A stretch of 64,000 nucleotides of DNA, from NCBI GenBank assembly GCA_963732115.1, contig CAVSYN010000005.1:65410-129409 (forward strand), written 5' to 3'. Below are positions 1 to 8,455 of the stretch, one piece after another; position 1 is the stretch's first letter; the number at the start of each line of letters is the position of its first letter. The stretch is from an uncultured Bacteroidales bacterium (GTDB taxonomy: Bacteria; Bacteroidota; Bacteroidia; Bacteroidales; VadinHA17). Made by a program: the position numbers and the translations under genes. The notes under the pieces were generated by a model. It saw only the letters and a list, made by a program, of their open reading frames with translations, ran no database searches and was not told where the DNA came from.

Positions 1-574
1 AAATGTATTTCCTGACGAAAGCGTCTTCGGCATTCAACTCAGTGGTGCCTGACCTTTTGGGAACATAGATCATAAGAGGTGTGACAAAATTGACTCTCAA
101 TCCCAGGAAATTAGCAATTCCGATTCCAGGAACAGCATATGGTCGGCCCTGGTCGGATCGGAGACTGAATTCCCCATCCCACATTGAACTGTCGATACCT
201 GTAACTCTGACATAATTATCATCAACCCCTTTTATTGCGGCAATATATTGCTTTTCACCATATTTGAGGAGTGCATTTTCCTCCACGCAAAGGGAATAGC
301 AGGCAACTCCGTCAACCTTTGAAAGCAGGGTTAGCTTTGCAGAGTCGGGAATAAAAGTTTTTCCTTCGGCCGGAGTGATCTTAAGGTCAGGATCAAAGGT
401 GTTGAAAATGGATCGCACAAGTGTCTCCAGCCCGTTGAAAACTGAAAGGACAATTATAAGAGCCATGGTCCCTATTGTAACCCCGGCAACTGATACCGAG
501 GAGATTATGTTAATGGCATTCCTCGATTTTTTCGCGAAGAGATACCTTTTTGCAATATACAGGGAAAGTTTCAC
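1..574 (-). CDS. FtsX-like ABC transporter permease, LolC/E family (5' part only; gene runs off left edge)
   Basis: The minus-strand frame is open from GTG at 574 to base 1. It is absent from the ORF track because there is no stop in the window. My translation starts (M)KLSLYIAKRYLFAKKSRNAINIISSVSVAGVTIGTMALIIVLSVFNGLETLV, the typical N-terminus plus first TM helix of LolC/LolE/FtsX-type permeases. Track ORF 375..677(+) is its antisense shadow. Confidence 0.7.
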   Translation of the reverse strand, partial: MKLSLYIAKRYLFAKKSRNAINIISSVSVAGVTIGTMALIIVLSVFNGLETLVRSIFNTFDPDLKITPAEGKTFIPDSAKLTLLSKVDGVACYSLCVEENALLKYGEKQYIAAIKGVDDNYVRVTGIDSSMWDGEFSLRSDQGRPYAVPGIGIANFLGLRVNFVTPLMIYVPKRSGTTELNAEDAFVRKYI

Positions 575-577
575 TTT

Positions 578-1294
578 TTACTTGCTTGCAAGCACCAGTA
601 AACCGGTTCCTGAATTATGGGTTATAGAAACATCAAGAAAATTAAGAAATAATGCGACAGGAAAGATGATCAAGTAGTAAAAAGGCAGAACCAGAAAAAA
701 TATTTTTGAAATATTGAGCATCTCAACCGGATATTTCATTGAAAGATGCCATGAAATAGCTCCGGGAGTTCCATAGGTATAGGATGCATTAATATTCTTA
801 AATCCCACGTTCTTTAGTTTTTGCGATATATCACTGATCCCATAACCGTTTCTTACATGTTCGTCGATAAATGAGTGATCGTCTTCATCATGGACATCAG
901 AACCGCCCTTATCTGATGGTGTTGAAATAAGCAATGAACCACCTGGTATCAGAGCCTGGCAGAAATTTCTGAAAACAAGTTCATCTTCTTTTATGTGCTC
1001 CATTACGTCTACAGACAGTATCAGATTGAAGGTATCTGCTTCTTTGAGTCCGGTAAGGTCAAGCACCTCAAATGTGACCCTGCCTGAAAGACCTGCTTTC
1101 CTGAAAAAACAATTACAGCCTGCGATATGATCCGGATCAATATCCACTGCTTTGATTTTCCAATTCGGGTTCATCAGGCTCATCCTCCAGGTGTATTGCC
1201 CGAATCCTGCCCCGGCATCAAGGACTGATGCATCAGAAGGGAGTTCGGGGGCCAATTTTCTCAGGGCTTTTTTTACATGCCAGGTCCGGAGCAA
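578..1294 (-). CDS. class I SAM-dependent methyltransferase with hydrophobic C-terminal segment
   Basis: 238-aa ORF. It has the SAM-binding glycine loop VLDAGAGFGQYT, then AVDID and LILSVDVMEHI motifs typical of class I methyltransferases. The last ~45 aa are strongly hydrophobic (FFLVLPFYYLIIFPVALFLNFL). Confidence 0.8.
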   Translation of the reverse strand: MLRTWHVKKALRKLAPELPSDASVLDAGAGFGQYTWRMSLMNPNWKIKAVDIDPDHIAGCNCFFRKAGLSGRVTFEVLDLTGLKEADTFNLILSVDVMEHIKEDELVFRNFCQALIPGGSLLISTPSDKGGSDVHDEDDHSFIDEHVRNGYGISDISQKLKNVGFKNINASYTYGTPGAISWHLSMKYPVEMLNISKIFFLVLPFYYLIIFPVALFLNFLDVSITHNSGTGLLVLASK

Positions 1295-1392
1295 AAGAAG
1301 ATCGAGCAGGGAAATAGAGGATTTTCCTCATAAAGAGAGGACCCGAAAAAAACCGTCCCAGTGTTTTTTTGATAGGGTCGTAATGCATTTTC

Positions 1393-1731
1393 TCAGGATT
1401 TCAGTAGCCTGTCAATATTATCGATATAATCAAGACTGTCATCAATAAAAAAAGCGATTTCCGGCACGATGCGAAGCTGCTTTCCTACTTTCTGCCCCAT
1501 TTCGAACCTTATCCTGGATGAGTGGTTGTGTATTTCCTTAAGTATGGTATCCTGTCCGGCTGACGGAAAGATACTGACATATATTTTTGCAAATGAAAGA
1601 TCGGGACTTATTCTCACTTTTGTAATTGAAATCATTTTTCCGTGAGCCAGCTCACTGCCTTTTTTCAGGAAGATCTCGGCCATCTCTTTCTGGATTAATC
1701 TTGATACTTTTTTTTGTCTTGTCGATTCCAT
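1393..1731 (-). CDS. rbfA: ribosome-binding factor A
   Basis: Track ORF 1393..1785. RbfA signature N-terminus MESTRQKKVSRLIQKEMAEIF and core KVRISPDLSFAKIYVSIFP. I place the start at the ATG of MESTRQ (1731) rather than the upstream ATG at 1785. Confidence 0.85.
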   Translation of the reverse strand: MESTRQKKVSRLIQKEMAEIFLKKGSELAHGKMISITKVRISPDLSFAKIYVSIFPSAGQDTILKEIHNHSSRIRFEMGQKVGKQLRIVPEIAFFIDDSLDYIDNIDRLLKS

Positions 1732-1815
1732 GGCCTCTGGTTTTAAGATTTGCAAAGGTACGATTTTCTGATAAATTTTAGCCATAATGCAGGAAGCACC
1801 ACATGATTGGTGCAG

Positions 1816-1968
1816 ACCTCTCCCAAATTCCTTCTCAGTGGTTTATGAACTCATCCCCCGAGGGATTGTCTAAAAAGCAACCTTTTATGTTTTTACCCCT
1901 AAATCCCCCAGGGGGGACTTATTGATTTATTGATGTTTATAAAGCCCCCCTTGGGGGGTTGGGGGGTA
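1816..1968. repeat. composite G/C-run palindromic intergenic repeat, copy 1
   Basis: Contains ccttctcagtgg (1830-1841), hairpin atcccccgagggat, acccctaaatcccccaggggggac (1895-1918) and agccccccttggggggttggggggt (1943-1967). Module for module it is the reverse complement of the element at 53107-53256. Confidence 0.65.
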
Positions 1969-2132
1969 AATATAGACTTTATCGACAACCCGTAAAATGC
2001 TTAATTACAACTATATAGCCCCTTACCTTAGGCTTAAGGGAAAGGTATTGGCATGGGTTAAGATTAATAAGCGCAGAAGGCAGTTCATATTATATCCCTG
2101 TGATGCCTTAACCGCCGGTAAAGAAAAACTCT

Positions 2133-2140
2133 TAATTTTG
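2133..2140 (+). promoter_or_regulatory. candidate Bacteroidota -7 promoter box (TAnnTTTG) for trpS
   Basis: taattttg lies 25 nt upstream of the ATG at 2165. It matches the TAnnTTTG -7 consensus of Bacteroidota sigma-A promoters and supports the downstream trpS start. Confidence 0.4.
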
Positions 2141-2164
2141 CCGTTAGTTTTATTTAGGAATATA

Positions 2165-3154
2165 ATGGAGACTGTAGTGAGCGGCATAAGATCGACGGGA
2201 AACCTTCATCTTGGTAATTATTTCGGAGCGGTAAAGAACTTTCTGAAAATGCAGGAGGAGAACAGGTGTTTTTTCTTTATCGCCGACTATCATTCGTTGA
2301 CAACTCATCCAAGACCAGATAACCTCCACGCAAACATTAAACAGGTTCTTGCAGAATATCTTGCGTGCGGAATCGATCCTGAAATTGCCACTATCTTCAT
2401 TCAGAGCGATGTCCCGGAAGTGACTGAACTGTATCTCCTTCTGAATATGGTAGCTTACGTCGGCGAGCTTGAGAGAACAACATCTTTCAAGGAAAAAATA
2501 AGGAAACATCCTGACAATATAAATGCAGGGCTGCTTACTTACCCGGTGCTGATGGCAGCCGATATAATTATTCACAGGGCACACAAAGTGCCTGTCGGAA
2601 AAGACCAGGAGCAGCACCTCGAAATGACAAGAAGATTTGCCAGGAGATTCAATACGCTTTATGAGGTAAACTATTTTCCGGAGCCTGATGCCTATAATTT
2701 CGGGAACGAGCTCGTTAAAATACCCGGCCTTGACGGAACGGGGAAAATGGGAAAAAGTGAAGGAAACGGCATCTTTCTGACTGACGAACCCTCTGCGATC
2801 AGGAAAAAAGTTATGAGTGCTGTTACCGACTCCGGGCCGACAGTATCGGGGCAGGAACCCTCTGAACCTGTAAAAAACCTGTTTACAATTATGAAAGTTG
2901 TTTCTGAACCATCTACTGTAAAATACTTTACAGATCAGCATGCTTCATGCCAGATTCGCTACGGTGATCTGAAAAAACAGCTGGCAGAAGACATTATTAA
3001 AGTTACTGATCCGATAAGGAGCAGGGCAAATGGAATCCTTGCCGATAATAAATATCTGGCAAAAGTAGTCAGGGAGGGCGGCGAAAAGGCAAGGGAAAGC
3101 GCTTCAAAGACCATCAGGGATGTTCGGGAGATTATAGGCTACAAACAGTTCTGA
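2165..3154 (+). CDS. trpS: tryptophan--tRNA ligase
   Basis: Track ORF 1997..3154. The class I aaRS HIGH-type motif region is SGIRSTGNLHLGNYFGA, and the KMSKS-type loop is GKMGKSEGN. I use the start METVVSG at 2165 (length ~329 aa, normal for TrpRS). The upstream 56 codons overlap the promoter box. Confidence 0.9.
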   Translation: METVVSGIRSTGNLHLGNYFGAVKNFLKMQEENRCFFFIADYHSLTTHPRPDNLHANIKQVLAEYLACGIDPEIATIFIQSDVPEVTELYLLLNMVAYVGELERTTSFKEKIRKHPDNINAGLLTYPVLMAADIIIHRAHKVPVGKDQEQHLEMTRRFARRFNTLYEVNYFPEPDAYNFGNELVKIPGLDGTGKMGKSEGNGIFLTDEPSAIRKKVMSAVTDSGPTVSGQEPSEPVKNLFTIMKVVSEPSTVKYFTDQHASCQIRYGDLKKQLAEDIIKVTDPIRSRANGILADNKYLAKVVREGGEKARESASKTIRDVREIIGYKQF

Positions 3155-3167
3155 GATAAAAAATGAA

Positions 3168-3188
3168 AGCCAGGCTTTTGACCTGGCT
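3168..3188 (+). terminator. possible stem-loop downstream of trpS
   Basis: agccagg-cttttga-cctggct is a 7-bp perfect stem 14 nt after the trpS stop. No U-tract follows, so terminator function is uncertain. Confidence 0.35.
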
Positions 3189-3288
3189 GCCCTTGAAGAA
3201 TCAAGTATATGTTTGAGATTGCCTGTGTACTATTCAAAGAACAAATTGCGTGCCAAATCTGTAAAAATACCCGTGTTTATTCTTAATT

Positions 3289-4545
3289 TTGACTGTCAGT
3301 AATCTTAGTAGATCTGAAGTGCGTAAACGCCTGGCATTCTTTCTGGTGATCCTCCTGGTTGCGGGTGTGGCTCTGCTTGGGTATTTCCTCCACCAGAGCA
3401 GGCAGACCCTGTATACCGATCCGTTCAAAGCTGTCGGCTCTGACGCCTGTTTTATTATTGAGACAGCCGACCTCCAAAGCTTTCTTAATTCGATGACCAC
3501 GGATAAGGGTATTTTTTCGGAGATCGGAAAAATAAAGGAATTTTCAGGGTTCAATTCAAAACTGAAATATCTTGCTGACCAGGCTAACCAACCGGCTTTT
3601 AATAAGCTGGTGCAGGAAGGCACGGCACTTATTTCATTTCATCCCACCCCCAACGGTAAGCTTGAACCGCTGTTATCAAAGGCAGTTCCGGCTGACATCA
3701 GCTACAGGCACCTCAGGGAAGCATTGCTTACCTCCGGTATAAATGGGATAACAGAACTCCGGATAAACGGAAAACGGGTACTGGGGCTTCCATACAGTAT
3801 TGATAGTGCAAGCGATACGGTTTTTGTCACAACAAATTCCGGCCTGCTGATCTCCAGCACGTCAAGGGGGTTGATAAAAAGAGCATTTATTCCGGCCACT
3901 CCCGAAACAGACATACGAAGCGCACCTGGCTTTTCGCGAATATTGATGTCTGCAGGCAAAAAGGAAGACAAATTGTTTATAATCTTCGGTAATCTGGCAG
4001 GGGTACTGGAACCTGTTTTCAAATCAGGTGGTTTGTCGCTAGAGAATAAAATTGCAAAGCTTGGCGGAAGTGCAGGAGGTGATATCTTTATAAATGATGA
4101 TGGGATTTCCCTGAGCGGCTACGCTGAAAGTAATGATCAATCGGAAATACTGTTCAGGTTTAAGTCAGTTCAACCGGCAGAATTTCAGACCTACAAGGTC
4201 CTTCCCGCCGAAACAGGCCTTTTTGAATCAATAGCATATTCTCCTGAAAGTACAGGAAATAGCACTCATCCACCTCTATCGGGTATTATAAACACCCTTG
4301 CTTCCAGGCTGAAACCTTACCTGGGAGAGGAAGTAACCAAAGCCTATATTGCAATCAGAAACAATCCATCCGGCGAAAACTCCCTTGTCATTTACGAATT
4401 AAAAAACAGGGTCCAGTGCGAGAACATTTTGCTTGAGACATTAAAAGAACAATTATCAATCAACTATTTCCGGCCGGATGAGCAGACTAAAATACCCATT
4501 TACTATACAGGCACGGTCAGGACTTATTTCAGCACTCAGGCCTGA
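3289..4545 (+). CDS. membrane-anchored hypothetical protein (probably the N-terminal part of one ~900-aa gene split by a frame break)
   Basis: 418-aa ORF with an N-terminal signal-anchor RKRLAFFLVILLVAGVALLGYFL. The TTG at 3289 overlaps a TAnnTTTG box (3284-3291), so the GTG at 3319 (MRKRLAFF) is a likelier start. It overlaps the next ORF by 68 nt in the +1 frame. Confidence 0.55.
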   Translation: MTVSNLSRSEVRKRLAFFLVILLVAGVALLGYFLHQSRQTLYTDPFKAVGSDACFIIETADLQSFLNSMTTDKGIFSEIGKIKEFSGFNSKLKYLADQANQPAFNKLVQEGTALISFHPTPNGKLEPLLSKAVPADISYRHLREALLTSGINGITELRINGKRVLGLPYSIDSASDTVFVTTNSGLLISSTSRGLIKRAFIPATPETDIRSAPGFSRILMSAGKKEDKLFIIFGNLAGVLEPVFKSGGLSLENKIAKLGGSAGGDIFINDDGISLSGYAESNDQSEILFRFKSVQPAEFQTYKVLPAETGLFESIAYSPESTGNSTHPPLSGIINTLASRLKPYLGEEVTKAYIAIRNNPSGENSLVIYELKNRVQCENILLETLKEQLSINYFRPDEQTKIPIYYTGTVRTYFSTQA

Positions 4546-5998
4546 TTTTACCCGGGGATTCCAGGATACCTTTTATGCCTTCTACGATAATTACATGATC
4601 ACCGGGAACTCGGGTGTCACGATCTCACGTTTTCTATATGACAATTTACTGAACAAGACCCTGGCAAACGATATGCTGTACCGCGATTTTGAAAAGACTC
4701 TGCCAAGCAGGGCAGGGTATCTGTTCTACTGCGTTCCATCACAGATAACCGACTACCTGTCAGCATACCTTGATAAGGATATTATGAAGGGAATCAGGGC
4801 AAATAAAACTTCGATAAACAAAATCCAGTCAATAGGGTTTCAGCTTGCTCCGATTAACGGGATGATCTATAACAGTCTGTCGGTCAGATATAAAGATGAG
4901 GTCGTTGAGAAATCCAATACTGAATGGGAGACATTGCTCGACACCACAGCCGGAATAAAGCCATTCTTCTTCACCAATCATAACACCGGTGCAAAGGAGA
5001 TATTTGTACAGGATATCAAGAACAACGCCTATCTTATCAATGCTGCAGGAAGGGTGCTGTGGAAGGTGCCCCTGAAAGAGAGAATAATGAGCCAGGTTTA
5101 CATGATCGACTACTACCGGAACGGGAAATACCAACTGCTGTTTTCGGGTAAAAACAACCTGCATCTGCTTGACAGGAACGGGAACTATGTTGAAAGATAC
5201 CCTGTCAGATTAAGGTCGCCTGCTTCAAATCCGCTTGCCCTTTTTGATTATGATAACAACCAGACTTACAGGCTGATAATTACCGGAGAGGATAAAATGG
5301 TTTACCTGTATGATAAAACAGGCAGTGTTGTGAAAGGATGGGAGCCATTCAGGACTGCAGGTCTTGTTACAGCTGAAGCAAGCTTTTACAGGGTCTCGGG
5401 TAAGGACTTTATAGTCGTTGCCGATGAGTCGTCAATTTATTTTCTTGACCGTTCGGGTAAGGTAAGGCTTCAACCCAGGGAGGCAGTTATAAAAGCCAAA
5501 GGGTCAACATTACGGTTTACCCCGGGGTCAGATCCCTTCCTTGTTTGCACCTCTCCTAACGGGACCATCCAGTATATTTATTTCAGTGGAGAAGTAAGGA
5601 AATCAAGCCTTAGAGAATTCTCCTTTGACCATTCCTTCGATTTTTTTGACGTAGATGGTGATGGTTTTGGCGAATATGTTTTTATTGACAAGGGTGTTTT
5701 ATACCTTTATGATCAAGACAGGAAAGAAATGTTTTCCAGAGATTTCAATTCGGATAAACTGGGGGGGCCAATGAATTTTATCTTTTCTTCAGCAGACAGG
5801 AAAATAGGGGTTTTTGACATGAACAAGAACCTTATTTACCTGATTAACAGCAAAGGAGAAATAATGAATGGATTTCCTCTCCGGGGAGCTTCAATGTTCT
5901 CCATCGGAAAGCTTTCGGCCGGTAATGAATGGCACCTGATCGTAGGCGGAACAGACAGGTTTATGTATAATTACAAATTGGACACCACTTTAAAGTAA
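4478..5998 (+). CDS. beta-propeller-like repeat protein (probably the C-terminal part of the preceding gene)
   Basis: 506-aa ORF with six to seven ~45-aa repeats of the form hYhhD..G....GFP: YLINAAGRVLWKVPL, LHLLDRNGNYVERYPVRL, VYLYDKTGSVVKGWEPF, IYFLDRSGKVRL, LYLYDQDRKEMF, IYLINSKGEIMNGFPL. It also has an FG-GAP-like DVDGDGFGEYVF. It has no signal peptide of its own. Confidence 0.55.
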   Translation: MSRLKYPFTIQARSGLISALRPDFTRGFQDTFYAFYDNYMITGNSGVTISRFLYDNLLNKTLANDMLYRDFEKTLPSRAGYLFYCVPSQITDYLSAYLDKDIMKGIRANKTSINKIQSIGFQLAPINGMIYNSLSVRYKDEVVEKSNTEWETLLDTTAGIKPFFFTNHNTGAKEIFVQDIKNNAYLINAAGRVLWKVPLKERIMSQVYMIDYYRNGKYQLLFSGKNNLHLLDRNGNYVERYPVRLRSPASNPLALFDYDNNQTYRLIITGEDKMVYLYDKTGSVVKGWEPFRTAGLVTAEASFYRVSGKDFIVVADESSIYFLDRSGKVRLQPREAVIKAKGSTLRFTPGSDPFLVCTSPNGTIQYIYFSGEVRKSSLREFSFDHSFDFFDVDGDGFGEYVFIDKGVLYLYDQDRKEMFSRDFNSDKLGGPMNFIFSSADRKIGVFDMNKNLIYLINSKGEIMNGFPLRGASMFSIGKLSAGNEWHLIVGGTDRFMYNYKLDTTLK

Positions 5999-6003
5999 AA
6001 ACT

Positions 6004-7467
6004 ATGAAATTTATCGGAAGATCAATATTAGCAGTACAGCTTTTGTTTGTTTTCGCAAGCTCTTCAGCCCAGAACAGCCAGGTTCTCTATTTTATGAATC
6101 TGCCTCAGAATCACCTTGTCAATCCGGCCTTAAAGCCTTCAAATTCTCTTTATATAGGATTTCCGGGGCTCACAAGCGTCAACGTCAATATCACAAACAA
6201 CTTTTTTAAATTTTCCGATGTGTTTACAAAGGGAATGAGGATCTCTGAATCAACCATCCCCTTTCTAAGTCCGGATTTTGACAGGAATAAATTCCTGAAA
6301 GGAATAAAAGACAGGAACTACTTTGAACCTCAGGCTTCGGTTCAGCTTCTTGGCGCCGGATTTTCAGTCGGTAATGACCTTTACTTTTTTATTGATGTAA
6401 CGGAACGGGCAGAAGCCAATATTGTCTTTCCCCGCGATCTGGTCAGGCTTGCATTCCTGGGAAATGAGGTATTTGCTGGTCAGACATTTGACCTCAAGTC
6501 TGCAAAAGCTGATTTTAACGGATATCATGAATTCGGGTTCGGAGCATCAGAGAAAATAACACCAAAATTACGTGTGGGTGCAAAAGGAAAACTCCTGTTC
6601 GGAATAGCGGCGGGTTCATTCAGCAGTAATACACTTGACCTGACAGTAAATGGGGATTACACAAATACCCTTAACGCCGACATGGCTTTGAATATTAGCG
6701 CCCCCATTATTTTTCAAATAGATTCGGAGCATCATATTGAAGATGTGAAGTTCAATGAGGCGAGATTTGATGAAAATGGCGGATGGAGACAGTTTATTAT
6801 AAGTACTAAAAATATGGGCCTGGGCCTCGATGTCGGCGCTGTTTATGAAATTACGAACAGAATTATCGTTTCGGCTGCAATTACCGATTTCGGATTTATA
6901 AGCTGGAAGAGCGATCTTTCTAACCTTTCTGCCAGGAGCAATATAAAATTGGATGGACGTGATTTTGTAGATATTTATGATGGCAATACGACTTTTGCAG
7001 ATCTGGCAAAAGGAGTGATCGATTCTATTGGTCAGTCACTGATTGTTTCCGATTCAAAAGCATCTTTTACAACAAGAACTCCGGTTGGAGTGTCGTTCGG
7101 AGGACAGTATCTTCTTAACGATAAGTTTTCAGCTGGAATACTATCCTACAGCAGGATAGTCGGCAAACAGGTTAAGGAAGCACTTACGTTATCGGGAAAT
7201 ATGAATCTTGGTTCTGTTTTTTCAGCAAGCCTGGCCTATACAATGTGCAACCACTCGTACACTAATTTAGGACTAGGCCTTGCGGCCAGAGCAGGATTTG
7301 CACAGTTCTATTTTCTTTTTGACAGGATTCCTCTCAAATGGAGCAAAGCTGGGCAAAGCGGTGACGCAGTTCCCCTACCTGCTAACTGGAATACAATAAA
7401 TACAAGGTTTGGAATAAATCTCGTATTTGGGAACAGGGTATCAAAATCGAAGGATACTGAAAAATAA
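6004..7467 (+). CDS. secreted outer-membrane beta-barrel-like protein (resembles the DUF5723 family)
   Basis: 487-aa ORF starting 6 nt after the previous stop. Signal peptide ILAVQLLFVFASSSAQ. N-terminal motif LYFMNLPQNHLVNPAL. The sequence shows an alternating hydrophobic pattern and ends near ...RFGINLVFG. The family assignment is from memory, not searched. Confidence 0.6.
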   Translation: MKFIGRSILAVQLLFVFASSSAQNSQVLYFMNLPQNHLVNPALKPSNSLYIGFPGLTSVNVNITNNFFKFSDVFTKGMRISESTIPFLSPDFDRNKFLKGIKDRNYFEPQASVQLLGAGFSVGNDLYFFIDVTERAEANIVFPRDLVRLAFLGNEVFAGQTFDLKSAKADFNGYHEFGFGASEKITPKLRVGAKGKLLFGIAAGSFSSNTLDLTVNGDYTNTLNADMALNISAPIIFQIDSEHHIEDVKFNEARFDENGGWRQFIISTKNMGLGLDVGAVYEITNRIIVSAAITDFGFISWKSDLSNLSARSNIKLDGRDFVDIYDGNTTFADLAKGVIDSIGQSLIVSDSKASFTTRTPVGVSFGGQYLLNDKFSAGILSYSRIVGKQVKEALTLSGNMNLGSVFSASLAYTMCNHSYTNLGLGLAARAGFAQFYFLFDRIPLKWSKAGQSGDAVPLPANWNTINTRFGINLVFGNRVSKSKDTEK

Positions 7468-7490
7468 TTATCTAAAACATTTTTTAAAAA

Positions 7491-7679
7491 ATGACATATC
7501 TGATCCGTTTCATTCTTGTTGGAATAATAATTTATCTCCTGGTAAGGTCGTTTGTCAGATATTTTGCGGAGCAGGAAACTGAAACAAGGAAATCCGGACA
7601 AGATAACAGGAATGAAGCAAAGACAAAAGGGGTCTCCAAGGAAATAGGAGAATATGTTGATTACGAAGAAGTTGATTGA
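7491..7679 (+). CDS. small single-TM protein, DUF4834-like
   Basis: 62-aa ORF with N-terminal TM helix LIRFILVGIIIYLLV, a charged middle and an acidic tail GEYVDYEEVD, as I recall for the Bacteroidota DUF4834 family. Confidence 0.55.
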   Translation: MTYLIRFILVGIIIYLLVRSFVRYFAEQETETRKSGQDNRNEAKTKGVSKEIGEYVDYEEVD

Positions 7680-7699
7680 CGAAGATAAAGAAACAGCAA

Positions 7700-8455
7700 T
7701 TATTTTAGGGATGATTTCAGCTGGCTGGCCAGCGCATTTGCAAATACGAAGTCATTCAACAAAGCGCAGTCGGAATGAAGGATTTCCTTATTGCTTCCTT
7801 CCCAGCATTTTACCCCATCGCTGATAAAAACAATTTTCTCCCCGATCTTCATAACTGAATTCATATCGTGAGTATTTACAATTGTTGTCATCGAGTACTC
7901 CTTTGTAAGCTCGCTTATAAGCTCATCGATAAGGATAGCAGTAAGGGGATCAAGTCCGGAATTTGGCTCATCGCAAAAGAGGTATTTGGGATTAAGTGAG
8001 ATTGCCCTTGCAATTGCGACTCTTTTCTTCATCCCTCCTGATAACTCTGAAGGGTATAATTTGTTGGCGTTCAGGATATTCACCCTGTTGAGGCAAAAGT
8101 TCACGCGCTCAATTTTTTCTTCCTCACTTTTGTTGGTAAACATGTCGAGTGGAAATCGCACATTCTGTTCCACAGTTAGAGAGTCAAAAAGAGCGCTCCC
8201 CTGGAATAGCATCCCGATCTCTTTCCTTATTTCCTTTTTTCCATTAAAATCAAGTTTATTGAAAAGGATCTCATCGTACCAGACCTCCCCGCTGTCAATA
8301 TCGTGAAGCCCAACAATTGATTTGAGCAATACTGTCTTGCCGGAGCCGCTCCTGCCGATAATCAGATTGGTTTTTCCAGGCTCAAAACTTACGGAGATAT
8401 TGGTCAAAACCAGGTGTCCGTTAAACGACTTGTTCAGTTTTTTTACTTCTATCAT
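7700..8455 (-). CDS. ABC transporter ATP-binding protein, MlaF-like
   Basis: Walker A GRSGSGKTVLLK, ABC signature LSGGMKKRVAIARA, Walker B LFCDEPNSGLD. Its start overlaps the stop of the upstream MlaE-like permease by 4 nt. Confidence 0.85.
   Translation of the reverse strand: MIEVKKLNKSFNGHLVLTNISVSFEPGKTNLIIGRSGSGKTVLLKSIVGLHDIDSGEVWYDEILFNKLDFNGKKEIRKEIGMLFQGSALFDSLTVEQNVRFPLDMFTNKSEEEKIERVNFCLNRVNILNANKLYPSELSGGMKKRVAIARAISLNPKYLFCDEPNSGLDPLTAILIDELISELTKEYSMTTIVNTHDMNSVMKIGEKIVFISDGVKCWEGSNKEILHSDCALLNDFVFANALASQLKSSLK

Noticed and set aside
375-677. 100-aa plus-strand ORF at the left edge
   Set aside because: It is antisense to the LolC/E-type permease N-terminus (1..574) and to the methyltransferase C-terminus, and it has no motif support.
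2150-2941. 263-aa ORF on the minus strand
   Set aside because: It is entirely antisense to trpS, whose product has clear class I aaRS motifs. The antisense translation is low-complexity and Cys/Arg/Phe-rich with no recognisable motif, so I read it as a shadow ORF.
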